The notes: generated by a model not told the origin, from the sequence alone. Shown: positions 38,542-52,378, counted from the first letter of the stretch. The stretch: 64,000 nt of DNA from Chlorokybus atmophyticus (GCA_009103225.1 RHPI01002090.1:1535932-1599931); one strand, 5' to 3'. Numbers and translations are program-made.

Positions 38542-39359
38542 ATGGTGACTTCGTGAATGCTGCACAATGTGGTGACTCCGTTGACGTGCAGCGACGTATA
38601 CTGACAGTGGCGACTCGCAGATGTCAAACAATGGCTGTGGGCATCAGCTACCAGGCAGCAAGTGAATGCACACCTGCCCTATCCGGACTCAACCCAATAT
38701 GACGGAGTGGTAGGCACAGCGTCGGACAAGGATATAACACACAATATGTAACTCACAAACCGCACACAGAGTGGGTCTCCTCCATTGTGACATGACACCA
38801 ACATCAACGTAGATAACACGCATTGGTAAGCAAACCAACTCAGCATACACCATCTCAGCACAGCTCAGCTGCGCTATGCTCTAGCAGGAGTCACTCACGC
38901 ACGCAAGCAACTCACCCTGCTGCGGCATTGGCGCCTCCACAGTCACGGCCATTGCCGCTGACTTCACGTCAAGGCCTGGCTGGCTCCACTCCTCTTCTCT
39001 GCAGCAGGCCTCCCTGTCTCGCCCCGCACCACTCTACTAACTACTCTACCCACCGTATCACAACAACACCAGCTAGACCCACCCCTCGCCGCCACGGCCA
39101 CCAACCACCACCACCACAGCAGCGCACGCACAATCGCCTCGGCAGCGATCTCAAAACTGAGAACAAACAAGTGGCCAGGCTGTCCGGTTCATAAACACTT
39201 TTCCCTGTCGCCATCGGATGGAGAGTGCCATCGGTAGCGGACGGCTGAGATGAGGGTGCCGACGTGGCCGCTTTATTGCCGTGTTAGTCGGCGTGCATTA
39301 GGGCTGGCGGTGGTGGCGGTGGCGTCGTGGTGGTGGTGGGGTTGGCGGGTGTGAGAGCA

Positions 39360-40023
39360 ATGGCTGCAATGGCGCTGAGGCTTCCGGCGCTACACACGCG
39401 CGTGGCGCCACTGGAGGCGGCCAGGAGATCGCCCAGCGCAGCTACTGCCGGATCGGCACGGAGCTCGTTTGTGGGTGCCCCGCTGAAGCTCGCCGTAGCA
39501 CGGCCTGCCGCCAAGCAGGATGGAGCGGCTACTCCCCAAAGGCTTGTCACATGTGAGTCACAAATATTTGTTTGTGCATGCTTGTCCAAGTGTTGTGCTT
39601 GTCAGTTATACAGGATTAAGGAAGCTTGATTGCAAAGGCTGGTAATTGAAGTTGTGTCTTTGTTGTTGCCCAGCTATGTCGCGGCGTTGTCAGCTCACTG
39701 GCAAGAAGGCGAACAATGCATATGTCGTCACCTTTTCCCACAAGCGCAACAAGAAGCTGCAAAACGTCAACCTGCAGGTGCTTTGGTGTCCATGGGCTGC
39801 TAGTGTGCAATATGCGACGGCCTGCAGCTTGGTCCTTTGGTTGCTGATTCTGTTTCTGATGTTGTGTTTGTTGTTTGTGGCACAGTGGAAGCGAGTCTTT
39901 TGGAGGGAAGGCAACAGGTTTATTCGATTGCGGCTATCCACAAAGGCCATCAAGACCATCGACAAGATTGGGCTAGAGGCCTTGGCAAAGAAGAACAACA
40001 TCGACCTCGCTAGCTTGGCCTAA
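39360..40023 (+). CDS. rpl28: Nuclear-encoded plastid 50S ribosomal protein bL28
   Basis: Transit peptide, then [33 protein letters not shown]|[25 protein letters not shown]. Confidence 0.93.
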
Positions 40024-40175
40024 ATTACGCTATGTACATATTTGCTTGCTTATAATGTTGCGGCTGCTGGATTGTTGGCATGCCTGCATGGCGGTGCATA
40101 GTGAACCCCACAGCTTCCCGTTCTGTGTGGAATGATTGCCACAGTGTTGTGCAGCATACATAACATACCCAAGTT

Positions 40176-40475
40176 ACTTGACTCGTGTACACTGCCATTG
40201 TCAGAGCATTGTGATGCACCAACGTTGGGTGGTGCTTCTTCCTCATATGGTGTGGTTAAAATGCGGTAACTTGTCAGGGAAATGTCAGCACTGAATGTGG
40301 GTGCTTCTCCCTAATCCCTTGTGCATGTCACCATAGCAGGACTTGACTCGTGTACACTGCCATTATCAGTGCATTGTGATGCACCAACGTCGGATGGTGC
40401 TTCTTCCTCGTATGGTGTGGTTGAAATACGGCAACTTGTCAGGGAAATGTCAGCACTGAATGTGGGTGCTTCTCC
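40176..40475 (+). repeat. 135-bp direct repeat, period 165
   Basis: 40176-40310 vs 40341-40475, 8 mismatches by eye. Confidence 0.9.
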
Positions 40476-41700
40476 GTTGTGCATGTCACTTGAAACAGGA
40501 CAATGGGCAATTACCAGCATGCCCATCTGCGCATTACATGCGCAATCATGTGTACAAAGCTCACTCAAAGCTATTGCTGCGCTCAATACCCGCAATGTTG
40601 ACATGATCTGCGCATTGCAAAAATGCACGGCTCGTGCTATTGCATTCGGGTCTAAAGCATCATTGAGAGCACGTTTGAGAACATGCAATTTTAAGGTGAT
40701 TGTATTAGATGTATATGCAGTGCCTGATTGTAATGTAAGCGTACATCAATTATTGGTCTAATACTTGCATGCAAGATTGCCTTTCGTAATATGAGTTGAA
40801 GACCTTGCAGGCTGCTTTACACACCAATCCCCTGTCAATTTTCCACCTTTTGTGAGTGGGGCGGAGAGGGGAGTTGCTAATGAACCGCGTGGTTCGGTCG
40901 CGACTTGAATGAATGTTAATTGAAATGCAATTCAAATTGACCTTATTGTTGCAGCGGGCTTGATTCGGAGTGATCGTTGGCGATGTGGCGGCTAGCAGCG
41001 CCCCACCTGTGTCCGTTATGTCAACGCTCAACCCACACCGCGAGCAACATCGCACCCAACAACAGGCCCAATAAGAAGTAAGAGCTGCATATCGCGCATG
41101 TGAGGGCACCGTGTCTTGCAAAATGACTTTACATCTCAACTTATATGGTTGTGGATAACGCTTGTTGTGAGCCCCAATAAGCAGCACGAGCAGTCGCATG
41201 CGTGCATATGGCAAGGCATGTATTCTTGTCGTACAAAGAGAAGAGTTTAAACACAATCAGCAAATTATGTGATATTACGTGGTGAAGCATGCGGCACACT
41301 TGCGCTCTATAAGAGCACTGTTGTGACGAAGACTTAACAACAGCTGTAAGTCGAATTCTGAAGGAGCCACAAGCAGTACACTAACATCGATATCGTTATG
41401 CCATATGCATGCCTATATGCCATATGCCTCAATGAATTACAATTGTCGCGACGAAAAGCAATTCGGAGTTAGGGTTCCACGAAAGCGAACCAGGCCTGGT
41501 ACGACCGGCCGCGCCAGGGAGACCGCGCGGAACAATGGTCCGATGGGATCCGCGCCAGGGTCATGGCGCGGATGCGCGGCCGCGGACGTCCGCACCATGG
41601 TTTATTCATGGTGCCGCCGATCGTCAAGTACGACACGCCTGGTACGACATTTTCGTACCAGGCCACGCAGGCTTTGGTGCGGACATTCTGGTCCGAACCC

Positions 41701-41980
41701 GTTCGGTCAGTTGGCCGCAGGTAATTCGCACACTTTTTGCTCCAACTGACCGACAACTAGCCTCAGTCTGTTGGCGGCTCCGAAGTCGCGCATCTTTTGC
41801 TCCAACTAACCCAGAATTAGCCTGAGTCAGTTGGCGGCTGTTAAGGCGCGCACCTTTTGCTTCAACTGACCGCGCAATAGCCTCAGTCAGGTGGGCGCAG
41901 TTGGGGCGCGCACCGTTTGCTCCGACTGACCGAGAAATAGCCTCGAGCGGTTAGCGGCAATTAGGTCACACCTTTTATTC
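41701..41980 (+). repeat. 60-bp tandem array (about 4.5 units), each with an internal inverted repeat
   Basis: Consensus CCTCAGTCAGTTGGCGGC-n-CGCGCACCTTTTGCTCCAACTGACC-n-TAG; GTCAGTTGG/CCAACTGAC arms. Confidence 0.9.
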
Positions 41981-42688
41981 CGCGGCTCAGCGAGGCACAA
42001 GGTACGACCGGCACGGCAAGGCATGCATCACTTGTATGCCGCATGCCTGGGTTCGAATTCGGACGGGGACAATCGAGGTAGGTAACCTCGCGCGATATCG
42101 ATGCTAATTTGTTTTTGATGATGTTTCTTAACAATATTAAACTTTAACTATTATTATCAGACCAAATTTGGTGCAATCAGCGTTAAACCAGTGGTGACAA
42201 TCGAGGAAATCGGGATTATGGTTGGTTTTCGCGGTTATACGCCAGGTTTTGACCCTGGTTTGCGGCTTCCACCGCCCGCTATTGCCCCTCGATGCGGACG
42301 TCCGCACCATACATGGTTTAATATTTATTTGCGCAGTGTGTGATTGTATGTGGCACATGCTATGTGCTTGTGAGACAAATATGTACATAATGCATACAAG
42401 TTGTGTACAATGTACCATGAACAGGAATCTTGCATGTGGTTGCGGCTTTTGCTGCTATATATAAACTAGCGATTAAGACGTCATGATACATAAACGTCTA
42501 CTTGCAACCGCGAGTAATTTGTTGCAGTGCATACAAGCAATGAAATTGAATACTACTTAAATACAATATAACATTATATAAAATGCTCGCAATATGTCAT
42601 AAACTTTACAATTCCGGATAGTATTATATATTTGAATTTAGCGGATTATTTATCTAAAAACGTTGCAATGTGTAAAGTAGGAATTCTT

Positions 42689-42800
42689 AACGGCCGACAT
42701 CAGTGATCGTCGAATCTATCTGCTTTGATCAAGCGCATTGTTCTCAACGGCCAACATAAAGTGATCGCCGAAGCTATATGCTTTGATCAAGCGCATTGTT
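42689..42800 (+). repeat. Tandem duplication of about 55 bp
   Basis: aacggcc...tgctttgatcaagcgcattgtt occurs twice. Confidence 0.9.
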
Positions 42801-44874
42801 GATGGCGATATTGTAGGATGGCTTCGGCCTATGCATAGGCATTTAGCGCAACTTGAAAGAGTGACATGCAGGTAGGTTCTTTAAAAGGATACTATATGTC
42901 ATGTTTTAATGCAATACCTTGGTCTTGCACTTGCTTACTTTTATATCTTCAATGGTCGAATGCACTGACTAACCTACAATCATGCTTGAAACTGCTTAAC
43001 GCATTGAAGTCGGACCATTGAAATTCTTAATGCTAACAACCATTGCAAACCGGGTTTATCAAAACATTTACAGACAAGTTTTTAACTCAATGATGCCCAT
43101 ATTAAGGACATGACCAATCACGATGACTGCTCAGCCTGTCCAAGCGCGCTGGACGTGAGCCAGGTCCACGTGCATTATCGGCATTGGATGATGCGCGCTT
43201 TGTCTCAGGTGTTGATATTACATATAGGTGGCAAGGCTGCATAAATGCTATATTCTCCCACATATGGCAACGACTTTTACTGCTGTAGCCTAGTGGTTAA
43301 GGCGCCAATGTTACATTTGCTCGCGTGTCGTGGATCCGCAGACGATAAATATATGTAATATATGCAGATGGATTCAAGAATGTTTGTGAGCGTAGACGCA
43401 TGCAGTTGCATTGCAGGTTTAATCATCTGCGTGAAAACCGTGTGCCATTAATCAAGAACTCCATGTTACACCAATAGACGTCGAAAGACCCTATTTAGTC
43501 CGTACCTTCAGATCGGATTCTCCCTTGCAAAATGCAATCCGTGGATCATGGATGATCCGACCGTCATTGACAGTTGGATGCACGGTCCAAACCTCACGTG
43601 AACGGTACCATGTTTTACATGGGTTACACCATGGTTGGTGCACGATCCCACCAAGTTGTATGGACTATGTGTGGTCCAAACTATTTATGTAAACATAAAC
43701 TCAGATCCATGCATGTGAGAAATTAGGTGTGGACCATGTATGGTCTAAATGTAACATGTAATCGTTGACCAATGTTGGTTCATGCATGTGAGTTAATATG
43801 CATGCGGATCGGACACGATCCGCATGCATCTGGTCTACAGACCATTGCATATGTGCAAGAAGACCATGAACGGAACTGCATGTATTAATATCAGATACAA
43901 ACAGCAATAGTAGACACAACGCTCCATGCATATCAAGGCTATTTACACTACAATCGCTCCCTGAAGTCCAAGCTTGTGTCATTCGCGACTAGCGCAACTT
44001 GCAGGGCCCTGCGTACATGCGAGTGTCACCGTGCAAGATTGTGTGCAAGAGCGCATGCATGTGTGCACGTGTGTGCGCGCGTCTGTACGGCGTGCGTCCG
44101 TAGAGCTGTGCATTAATGTGCAACTGTGCATGCATGTGGGCACTTACACAACACCGCAGCGTAACCAACGGAGGGCAAATTAGTAATTATGTGTGTGCGT
44201 GCACTTCGCAATCGCTTGACTGTCTATGGGGTGTTGGACAACAACCGATTGACTGGTAAGATGGTTGGCCAATTGACAGTCCTCAACTGTCAGAAGCTAA
44301 CGGTCCTTTTAACAGCCCTCAGCCGAAAGGCTGTTCAAAGGAGTGTTGGCTGCCAATTGACAGTCGAGAGCTGTCGGACAGACAGCCTGGCTGTCAAGGA
44401 TGAGCGCATGTTGTTTCTGCTGACGATGATAACACACTTATGCACGCACACGCATGTGCAATTCATGCACATGGACACCATGCACTCACCTAATGATGGT
44501 GTTTTGGTTGAGGTCCAGCTGAGCGAGGGAGAGACCACACAACCCACCGGTGCGCGGTCACGTGTACGTCACCCGTTGAGGTAGAGTGGCCGACCCAATG
44601 GTACCCGCCAGCATTGATCAACAAAATCTGGCAATGTGCGTGCCAATGCCCATGCAGTGCAACAAGATTCAGTACAACATCAACGTGTATAATTTACAAC
44701 ACGATGTATGTCTCCGTGTGCATTTCGTCCCCATAAGCGTGTGCTTGCATGCGCGTGTGGGCACGCACAAGTTTACAGGCAATTGCTGACAGTTGGTAGT
44801 CAAGCAGCCTACACACTCACACATAGTTTGACAATTGCTCAGCGCATTCCCCTTCCAAATGCCGCTACACCTTC

Positions 44875-47800
44875 TGTAACAGTTGAGGCCAAGTTTCATG
44901 ATTTTCGGACCTTTTTTGGCCCATTGATCGAGCACCACGTTTTCATGACCTGTGACAGATGTCGGCGAGTAATGAGTTTGCCGCGGATATCGACTGGGAC
45001 TCCAGGACCAGTTCGGAAGGTGCCAGAAAACGGAGGGCCAGTCGAGAAGGCCTCGACTAGATATCTGGAAGGGCCTGCCGCCAAGTAGTATAACTTTTGA
45101 CCATATGAGCACCTAATCAGGAGGTCTTTGGTGCGTAAGAAAGGTCTAGAAGTACACTACAAGGTTCTGCAATAACATCTTAGCATCTAGTTTTGTGTAG
45201 CACGGGAATCGTCTAGACAGTAGCATGTGCAGACTGGTAGGTATAAAAGCGACATTTTACAATGTGCAATACAACCTTTAGCTCCCTAGTTTCTGGTGTG
45301 CAAGCTTGGTGGTGGTTAGCAGGGGTTGATAGCGTGTGTCCACTGTTGTGTGCTTGCTTGTGTGACGATCCAAGGCGCTACACAAGTCGGTGTGTAGCTT
45401 CGAGCGCATGCGCGTGCGTACGCGAGTGGCGGGTTGCAGAGGGGGCAAGGTTCCGGTGTGAATACCGTGTCTTGGTGAGAGGGTTGTTGATTGGACCAAC
45501 TCACACGTGACAAGGCACGAGCACCGTCACGACTGGTATCGGAGCACGATTTACGAAGGTGAGAAAGGAAGTGTGTGGGCGTTTACACTTTTCATTCGGA
45601 AGCGGAGTGTAGTGTGTTAGTGTTGGATGCTCGCATGGAAGAGCTTCAAGCTGCCATCTTAGCATTGAGGGAAGAGCTTCATCACACTCAAGCTCCGGCA
45701 TAAGCACAACGCAAGGCGTATGAGCATGCGATGGCGCGTGTACAAGTTTGCATGGCATGAAGCTCGCGCGTGCATGTGAAGGTGCTAAAGCCCAAGCCAT
45801 TCAAGGGTCAACGTGAAAATAATGCAGTAGACAAATGGATTTCTTAAGTATCGTCTTGGTTGAAGCTCACGGAGGTGCCCACGCATCTGCACGTGGAGGT
45901 TGCAGCGACATTGTTGTGGAAGGTGCAGCACTTGTATGGTGGAGACATCGTCGTACGTGTGTTGCAAGTGGGTTGGCGCTACCATTGACCATCATGGAAG
46001 AGTTGGCTTTGGAGATCAGGCATCAGTTTGTTCCCGTGGAAAGTGTGAAGGCCGCACGTGAGAAAAGTGCAGCCCTTTGTGCAAACGGGGCCGGTGACGG
46101 CGTACACGGCTACGTTTCAGCGTTTGGTGATGTCCATACCCAATATGACCGAGCTCAAGGAAGAGCAGTTGGACAGGTACACACGTGGTTTGAAACCTTT
46201 GAGACGCAAAGAAGTGGAGCTACGGGACCCTTAAACTTTAGCGGGAGCTGTACGCACCGCGGAGCGTCTCGACGCGTTGTACTTCAAGTCTTCTGCAACA
46301 AACGCTGATAAAAGGCGTGGGAGCAAGCAAGAGCGTGGTGATCAGCCTAGGGGAAGCTCTCTACATGCATGGACACGAAGGGAACCAAGTTCACAACTTG
46401 CAAAGGAAGGTGGAGCTGATTTGAGATCATCACCAATGGAGGTGGGTGCCGTACACACGCGTAACAGCGTGGCGAAGCACGGTGGACGTGGTGAGGCAAG
46501 TAGCAGCGTGCGCAAGTGTTACGCATGCGGTTCGACAAAGCATTTGGCGTTTAATTGCTCGAATGGCGCACGCAAACGTCTGCATCAGCTGGCAACACAT
46601 ATCGCGCACGACGCATCAACGCAATGGAGGAAGATGGCGTGGAGGATCAGGGAAACGACTCCCCCAAGTAGGTAAGAAGGCTATTGCTGGAGAGCCTCAC
46701 ACACAAATGAAGATTGTAACATCGCAACCAAGGAAGAAAATGGAGGTGGCTATGAACACGCCCATGGTGGTAAGTTATGCAAGTGAGGAGGCAACAAAGT
46801 ACGTTGGGCTTCTGGCATGCGTTTGCGATGACCGAGGACAATGGAGGGAGTGCAACCTTATGGTTAATAGTGGAGCAAACAGCAACTTCATGAGTGAGGA
46901 GGTTGCACGGCGCTACGGTTGGCTTTCACCATTACGAGGTGGAGAAGTAAAACTCGCGGATGGGGAACCACCCTCTGGAGGTACCGGTGCTGCGTTTTTA
47001 ACCAAGGAGTTGTGTGTTCACATGGGGAAGTTGAAAGAGAACATGCGTTTCTGCTGCATCACCCTACGGAACAGGTTTGATGGAATTCTGGACTACCGTG
47101 GCTGTGGCAACATAACCCGTCTATCAATTGGAGGAAGCGTGTGCTCACCATCATGGGAAACGATGGAGAGTCCATTTAAGGTCTACGCGCGTGCTCCATC
47201 GAAGTGGAAGACCACTCTTGCGAGGAAAGCAAGAAGGGCTTTGTCATGGATGCGTTGGACGTCGCTAAGGCAAGTATACGCACATGTATTGCGCACCTGC
47301 AAGGGGATACAAGCACCGGAAAGGCACGTGCAATTATGTGGGATTAGCAATGCTCTAGTTTCCTATGTGCAATTTAGGAGGCTGCTATCCCCACAACAAG
47401 CGAAGGCTGCATGGTTGTACGTGGTGCGTCAGAGTATATCAAAATCAGCACAGAAGCTGAGTAACTGCACTGAGACAGCCACGATGGACCCCAAGGTGTG
47501 CAAACTTGTTCAGGACTACCAAGATATCATGGTGGACGGACTTCCAGCTAGTTTGCCACCCTCACGGAGCGTTGATCACCGTGTGAGTTGATTGAGGGCA
47601 TGCACAAGCCACCCTACATGCATGTATATAAGTTGTCACCTCTGGAGTTAGAGGAGGCCGAGAAGCAGATAGCGGATTCTTTTTAAAAAAGAAAGGTTAC
47701 ATCCGGCCAAGCAAGTCACCTTATGGTGCACGAATACTGTTCATGCGAAAGAAGAACGGGAGCTTGCGTATGTGCATTGACAACCGAGCGCTCAACACCA

Positions 47801-50800
47801 TTACGAAGATGAACTGCTTCCACTACCGCGTATTAACGAGTTGCTGGAGCAGCTATAAGGTGCGCAGTACTTTACGACACTTGATCTTGCTGGAGGTTAT
47901 CATCAGAGGCATCGCACCTGAGGATGTGGAGAAGACAGCGTTCAACACGCGCTATGGCCGTGAGTGGTTAATGATGCCGTTTGGGCTTACGAACGCGCCA
48001 GCAACATTTCGGACGTTAATGAACAGCGTTTTTGCTGACTTGCTGAGTAAGGGAGTCCTCGTGTACCTCGACGACATTCTAGTGTACTCGAAGACGAAGG
48101 ACGAGCATGTGAGTCTTTTACGGCGCGTGTTGCAGCGTTTATGCGAGCACAGGTTGTACGCTCAGCTACAGAAGTGCAAGTTTCTGCTACGCGAGGTGGA
48201 GTATCTGGGCCACATTGTGTCACACAAAGGGATCAAGCCGGACCCCAACAAAGTGCAAGTGGTGCGCGTATGGTCTGCCCCGTCCAACGTGAAGGAGGTA
48301 ATATCGTTCTTAGGCCTTGCGGGGTTATTATCGCAAGTTTATTATGGGATTTTGGCGCATTGCGGCCCCTTTAACCACCCTACTCAAGAAGGAAAGTTAT
48401 GGAGCTGGTCTACAAAGGAAGAGCATGCATTCGCTGCGTTGAAAAAGGCGTTGACAGAGGCACCCGTCTTAGCTTACCCCGACATGGACCAACCCTTCAT
48501 TTTCGCTTATGACGCATCCGACACAGCTGTGGGAGCTGTGTTACAGCAAGACTAAGGCATGGGTTTTCAACCGGTAGCGTTTTTTAGTAGGAAACTGAGC
48601 GGAGCAGAGCTGAACTGTGGGAGCTGTGTTACAGCAACACCAAGGCATGGGTTTTCAACCGGTAGCGTTTTTTAGTAGGAAACTGAGCGGAGCAGAGCTG
48701 AACTACCTTGTGCACGAGAAGGAGCTATTGGCGCAAGTGATGGCGCTGCGACAATGGCGATGCTTTTTTAAGGGCAAAAGATTCGTGCTGAAGACGGACC
48801 ATTCCCCATTAAGGTACTTATAGACACAACTACATCTGAGCCGGAGACAAACGCAGTGGTTGAAGTTCTTTCAACTTTTTAATGTTAAGATAAGTACAAG
48901 CCCGGTACGTCTAATAGTGTGGCCAATGCCCTAAGCCGGTTGAATGCGATTGAAGCACTCGCTCAAGTGCAACCAGAGTGGGCCGACCAGATCCGACAAG
49001 TGCTTTGCGAAGACACATAAGGTAGGAGAGTCTTGCGGGACATAGAGAGCACAGCAACGGACACAAATTGACATTAGACAAAGCAAGACGTACTATGGCA
49101 TCATGGCCGCTTGTACATCCCCAATATTGCACATATACGCGTTCAACTTTTGAAGGAAGCTCATGACGTACCCATTGCTGGCCACCAAGGAGTGGAGAGG
49201 ACGTTGGCAAGCTTGAAATAACGCTTTTATTGGCGGGAGATGCATCGCGATGTACGCGACTATGTGGCGTTGTGCGACGCATGTCAAAGGCTGAAAGCAA
49301 GCAACCAAAAGCCAGGTGGGTTGCTATAACCTTTTCCCGTGCCATTGTCCAAGTGGGAGCAAGTTACCATGGACTTTATTACGGGGCTGCCGAAGATTAC
49401 AAAAGGGTACGACGCAATACTCGTGTTCGTAGACAAAACCAGCAAAATTGTACGCTTAGCACCGTGTTGTGAATCTTGCACGGCACCAGAGGCAGCAAGC
49501 TTGTTTATGAAGCATGTCTTTCGTTTCCACTGAATACCACGAAGCATTGTGCGCAATCGTGATCCCCGCTTCACAAGTAAGTTTTGGGAGGCGCTGCAGT
49601 GCACTGGGTATTACCTCAAAGTTTAGCACGGCTTTCCACCCGCAAACTGATGGCCAAACGGAGCGAGCCAACCGTGTGATTGAAGATATGTTGCGCTGCT
49701 ATGTGAATGCGCGGCAAGACAATTAGGCGGAGTTACTGAAAGTGGTGGAATTTGCCATCAACAACCACACCAATGCAAGCACGGGCGTCACCCCCTTTCT
49801 CATAAACTACGGCCAACACTCGCTGACACCGCTGATGGTTTGGACACCGCGACGAAGTGACATTGATGTGGAAGCAGTAAGCGATTTACTTACGACGTGT
49901 GCGGACATAAAAAAGGCAGCGAGAGAGGCGCTCTTGGTGGCACAAAATAGGCAAAAACAATACGCAGACGCGCATCGCCGACATGTCACATTTTGAGAAG
50001 GCGACATGGTATTGCTTTCGGCAAGGAATTTACAGGTGCGTGCTGGAGTTCGCAAGTTAAGTGAGCGCTGGCTTGGGCCATTTCAAGTCATCAAAGTGGT
50101 TTCAGACATGGCGTACAAGTTGCAACTGCCCGACTCTATGCACATCCATCATGTCTTTCACATGTCCCTTCTGAAATCATATCGAGGAGAGCCACCATTG
50201 CGTCCAACTCGTGAGTTGCCAACGGAAGGTTATATGGTATACAAAGCGGAAGACATATTGGGTGAGAAAATGGTGCGCAACGTGCGCAAATATTTGGTGA
50301 AGTGGAAAGGCTACCCGATGCGTGAAGCCACTTGAGAACCGGAGGAGCACTTGGCAAATGCACAACATATCCTGCAACAGTATTTGCAACGACGACCAGA
50401 GAATCCTCGAGAGCTTCGAGGACGAAGCTTACCTAGGGGGGGAGGAGTGTAACAGTCGAGGTCAACTTTCATGATTTAGGGACCTTTTTTGGCTCATTTA
50501 TCGAGCACCACGTTTTCATGACTTGTGGCAGATATCGGCGAGTTACGAGTCTGCCGCGGATATCGACCGGGGCCCCAAGACCAGTCCGGAAGGTGCCATA
50601 AAACGGAGGGCCAGTCGACAAGGGCTCAACCAGAATTCTAGAAGGGCCTGGCGCCAAGTAGTATAACTTGACCATATGAGCATCTAATCAGGAGGTCTTT
50701 GGTGCGTAAGAAAGGTCTAGAAGTATACTACAAGGTTCTGCAATAACATCTTAGCACCTACTTTTGTGTAGCACGGGAATCGTCTAGACAGTAGCATGTG

Positions 50801-51126
50801 CAGGCTGGTAGGTATAAAAGCGACATTCCACAATGTGCAATACAACCTTTAGCTCCCTAGTTTCCGGTGTGCAAGCTTGGTGGTGGTTAGCAGGGGTTGA
50901 TAGCGTGTGTCCACTGTTGTGTGCTTGCGTGTGTCCACTGTTGTGGGCTTGCGTGTGTGATGATCCAAGGCGCTACACAAGTCGGTGTGTAGCTTCGAGC
51001 GCATGTGCGTGCGTACGCGAGTGGCGGGTTGCAGAGGGGGCAAGGTTCCGGTGTGAATACCGTGTCTTGGTGAGAGGGTTGTTGATTGGACCAGCTCACA
51101 GGTGACAAGGCACGAGCCCCGTCACA
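44875..51126 (+). mobile_element. Full-length, inactivated Ty3/Gypsy chromovirus LTR retrotransposon
   Basis: 5' LTR 44875-45531; 3' LTR 50448-51126 (TG...CA); 5-bp TSD CCTTC at 44870-44874 and 51127-51131; PBS TGGTATCGGAGC (tRNA-iMet type, 1 mismatch) 45534-45545; PPT AGGGGGGGAGGAG 50435-50447. Confidence 0.97.
45700..50400 (+). pseudogene. gag-pol pseudogene: Gag with CCHC knuckle, protease, RT, RNase H, integrase, chromodomain
   Basis: CYACGSTKHLAFNC; LMVNSGANSNF; MPFGLTNAPATF..VYLDDIL; DASDTAVGAVL; [13 protein letters not shown]; YLVKWKGYP; many stops and frameshifts. Confidence 0.95.
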
Positions 51127-52287
51127 CCTTCGCTAGTGGGCAGGGCCTGCCAATGTGTGCGAGTGTGTGAGCATGCAAGTAATTGTGTGTGCAAGTCTCT
51201 GCGTATTATGTGCTTGTGTGCATCACAGCGGCTTTTACTCGCATACCAGCCGTACGCGGCCCGCAAATCATCGTCCGGTACGATGTAGCGTATCGGGGTC
51301 GCGACTGGTTCGGCGTGACCACACGAGTGGTGGGGGTCCGGTCCCAGAGCCGGATGGCATGGTCCAATTAATTGGACTAGCTGGTCGCGCCCCCTGCGGC
51401 CTGCGCACCCGCAAAAAAAAAGACGAAAAGGTATAGTCGCTGAAACCAAGCCTGGTTTGTAACTGCGGCAACCGGGCGCCAAACGTACCGGCTAGCGGTG
51501 GTGTACCGAAGTATCTAAGCTGCCGGCTAACTGACCGTGGCTTAATTTGGTCATTTAGCTGTGGTTAAGCCGCACATTTTGCTCCAACATGAAGACCGGT
51601 TAATTGGCCGCGGTGAAGCCAGACTTGTTGCTCTGCAAAGGAGCAAAGGGTGGGCTTGATCGCAACCAAATAACCAGATATATGTAGTTGGCCGCGGTCG
51701 ATACCGCAGTTCAGCTCGGTCGCTACAACGATCGGGTGTTTAATCGTTTTTAGTGGGGTTATCTATTCACCTTTAGTGTACAAGATTTATTCGTGCCGAT
51801 GGTCGGTAGCGAAGTTGTGTAGTTTCGCTAATAGCAAAATAGCTGGTGCAGACGCTCCGCGCCTAGGCTCGAATCGCCTCAGGCCCGCATACGTCATAGA
51901 CCGTGCGCTTTTTTATGGAATGATGGATAGATTGAGCTTGGTTAATCAATCGATAAAAGGTTAACTGCCTTATGTTGAACCGGCGTCACCAACCCTGGTT
52001 CGGTTTTCGATGGACCGTGAGACAATTAAAACTACATATTGTTTAGACCAGCTCTGGTCCCCGCGTGCAGATCAAGGCGGGAGACCCTGGTCTGAACCTT
52101 AAGCCGCCCGGTTGTTTTGACCCTGGTCCGCACGTGCGGACCTGGGTTGGAAATTCCGTGTGTATGCGTACGAGCTTGCACTTGAATGTAAGCACGCGTG
52201 TGCTTGTCACAACTGTCAGTAACTTAAAAGCACACACGTGCACGACTGTCAGCTACCGTCTTTTTAACAACCAAGGCCTGTCAATAG

Positions 52288-52378
52288 AACAGCTGAGGGC
52301 TGTCGGAAGGTGTCCTTCCGACAGCCTTCAACTGGAGGGCTGTGGGGAGGGCTGTCCTTCCCACAGCCCTCAGCTGTT
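52288..52378. repeat. Double hairpin able to form a T/Y-shaped structure
   Basis: Stems 52294-52310/52314-52330 and 52335-52350/52356-52371 (1 mismatch each), closed by AACAGC/GCTGTT. Confidence 0.85.

Noticed and set aside
41701-41980. CRISPR array
   Set aside because: Variable segments are only 6-8 nt, the repeats are degenerate, there are no cas genes and the context is eukaryotic.
42800-43900. Possible coding remnant in the AT-richer region
   Set aside because: Only short frames, with no recognisable motifs.
46446-47591. 381-aa ORF as an independent gene
   Set aside because: It is a frameshift mosaic of the Gypsy gag/protease region.
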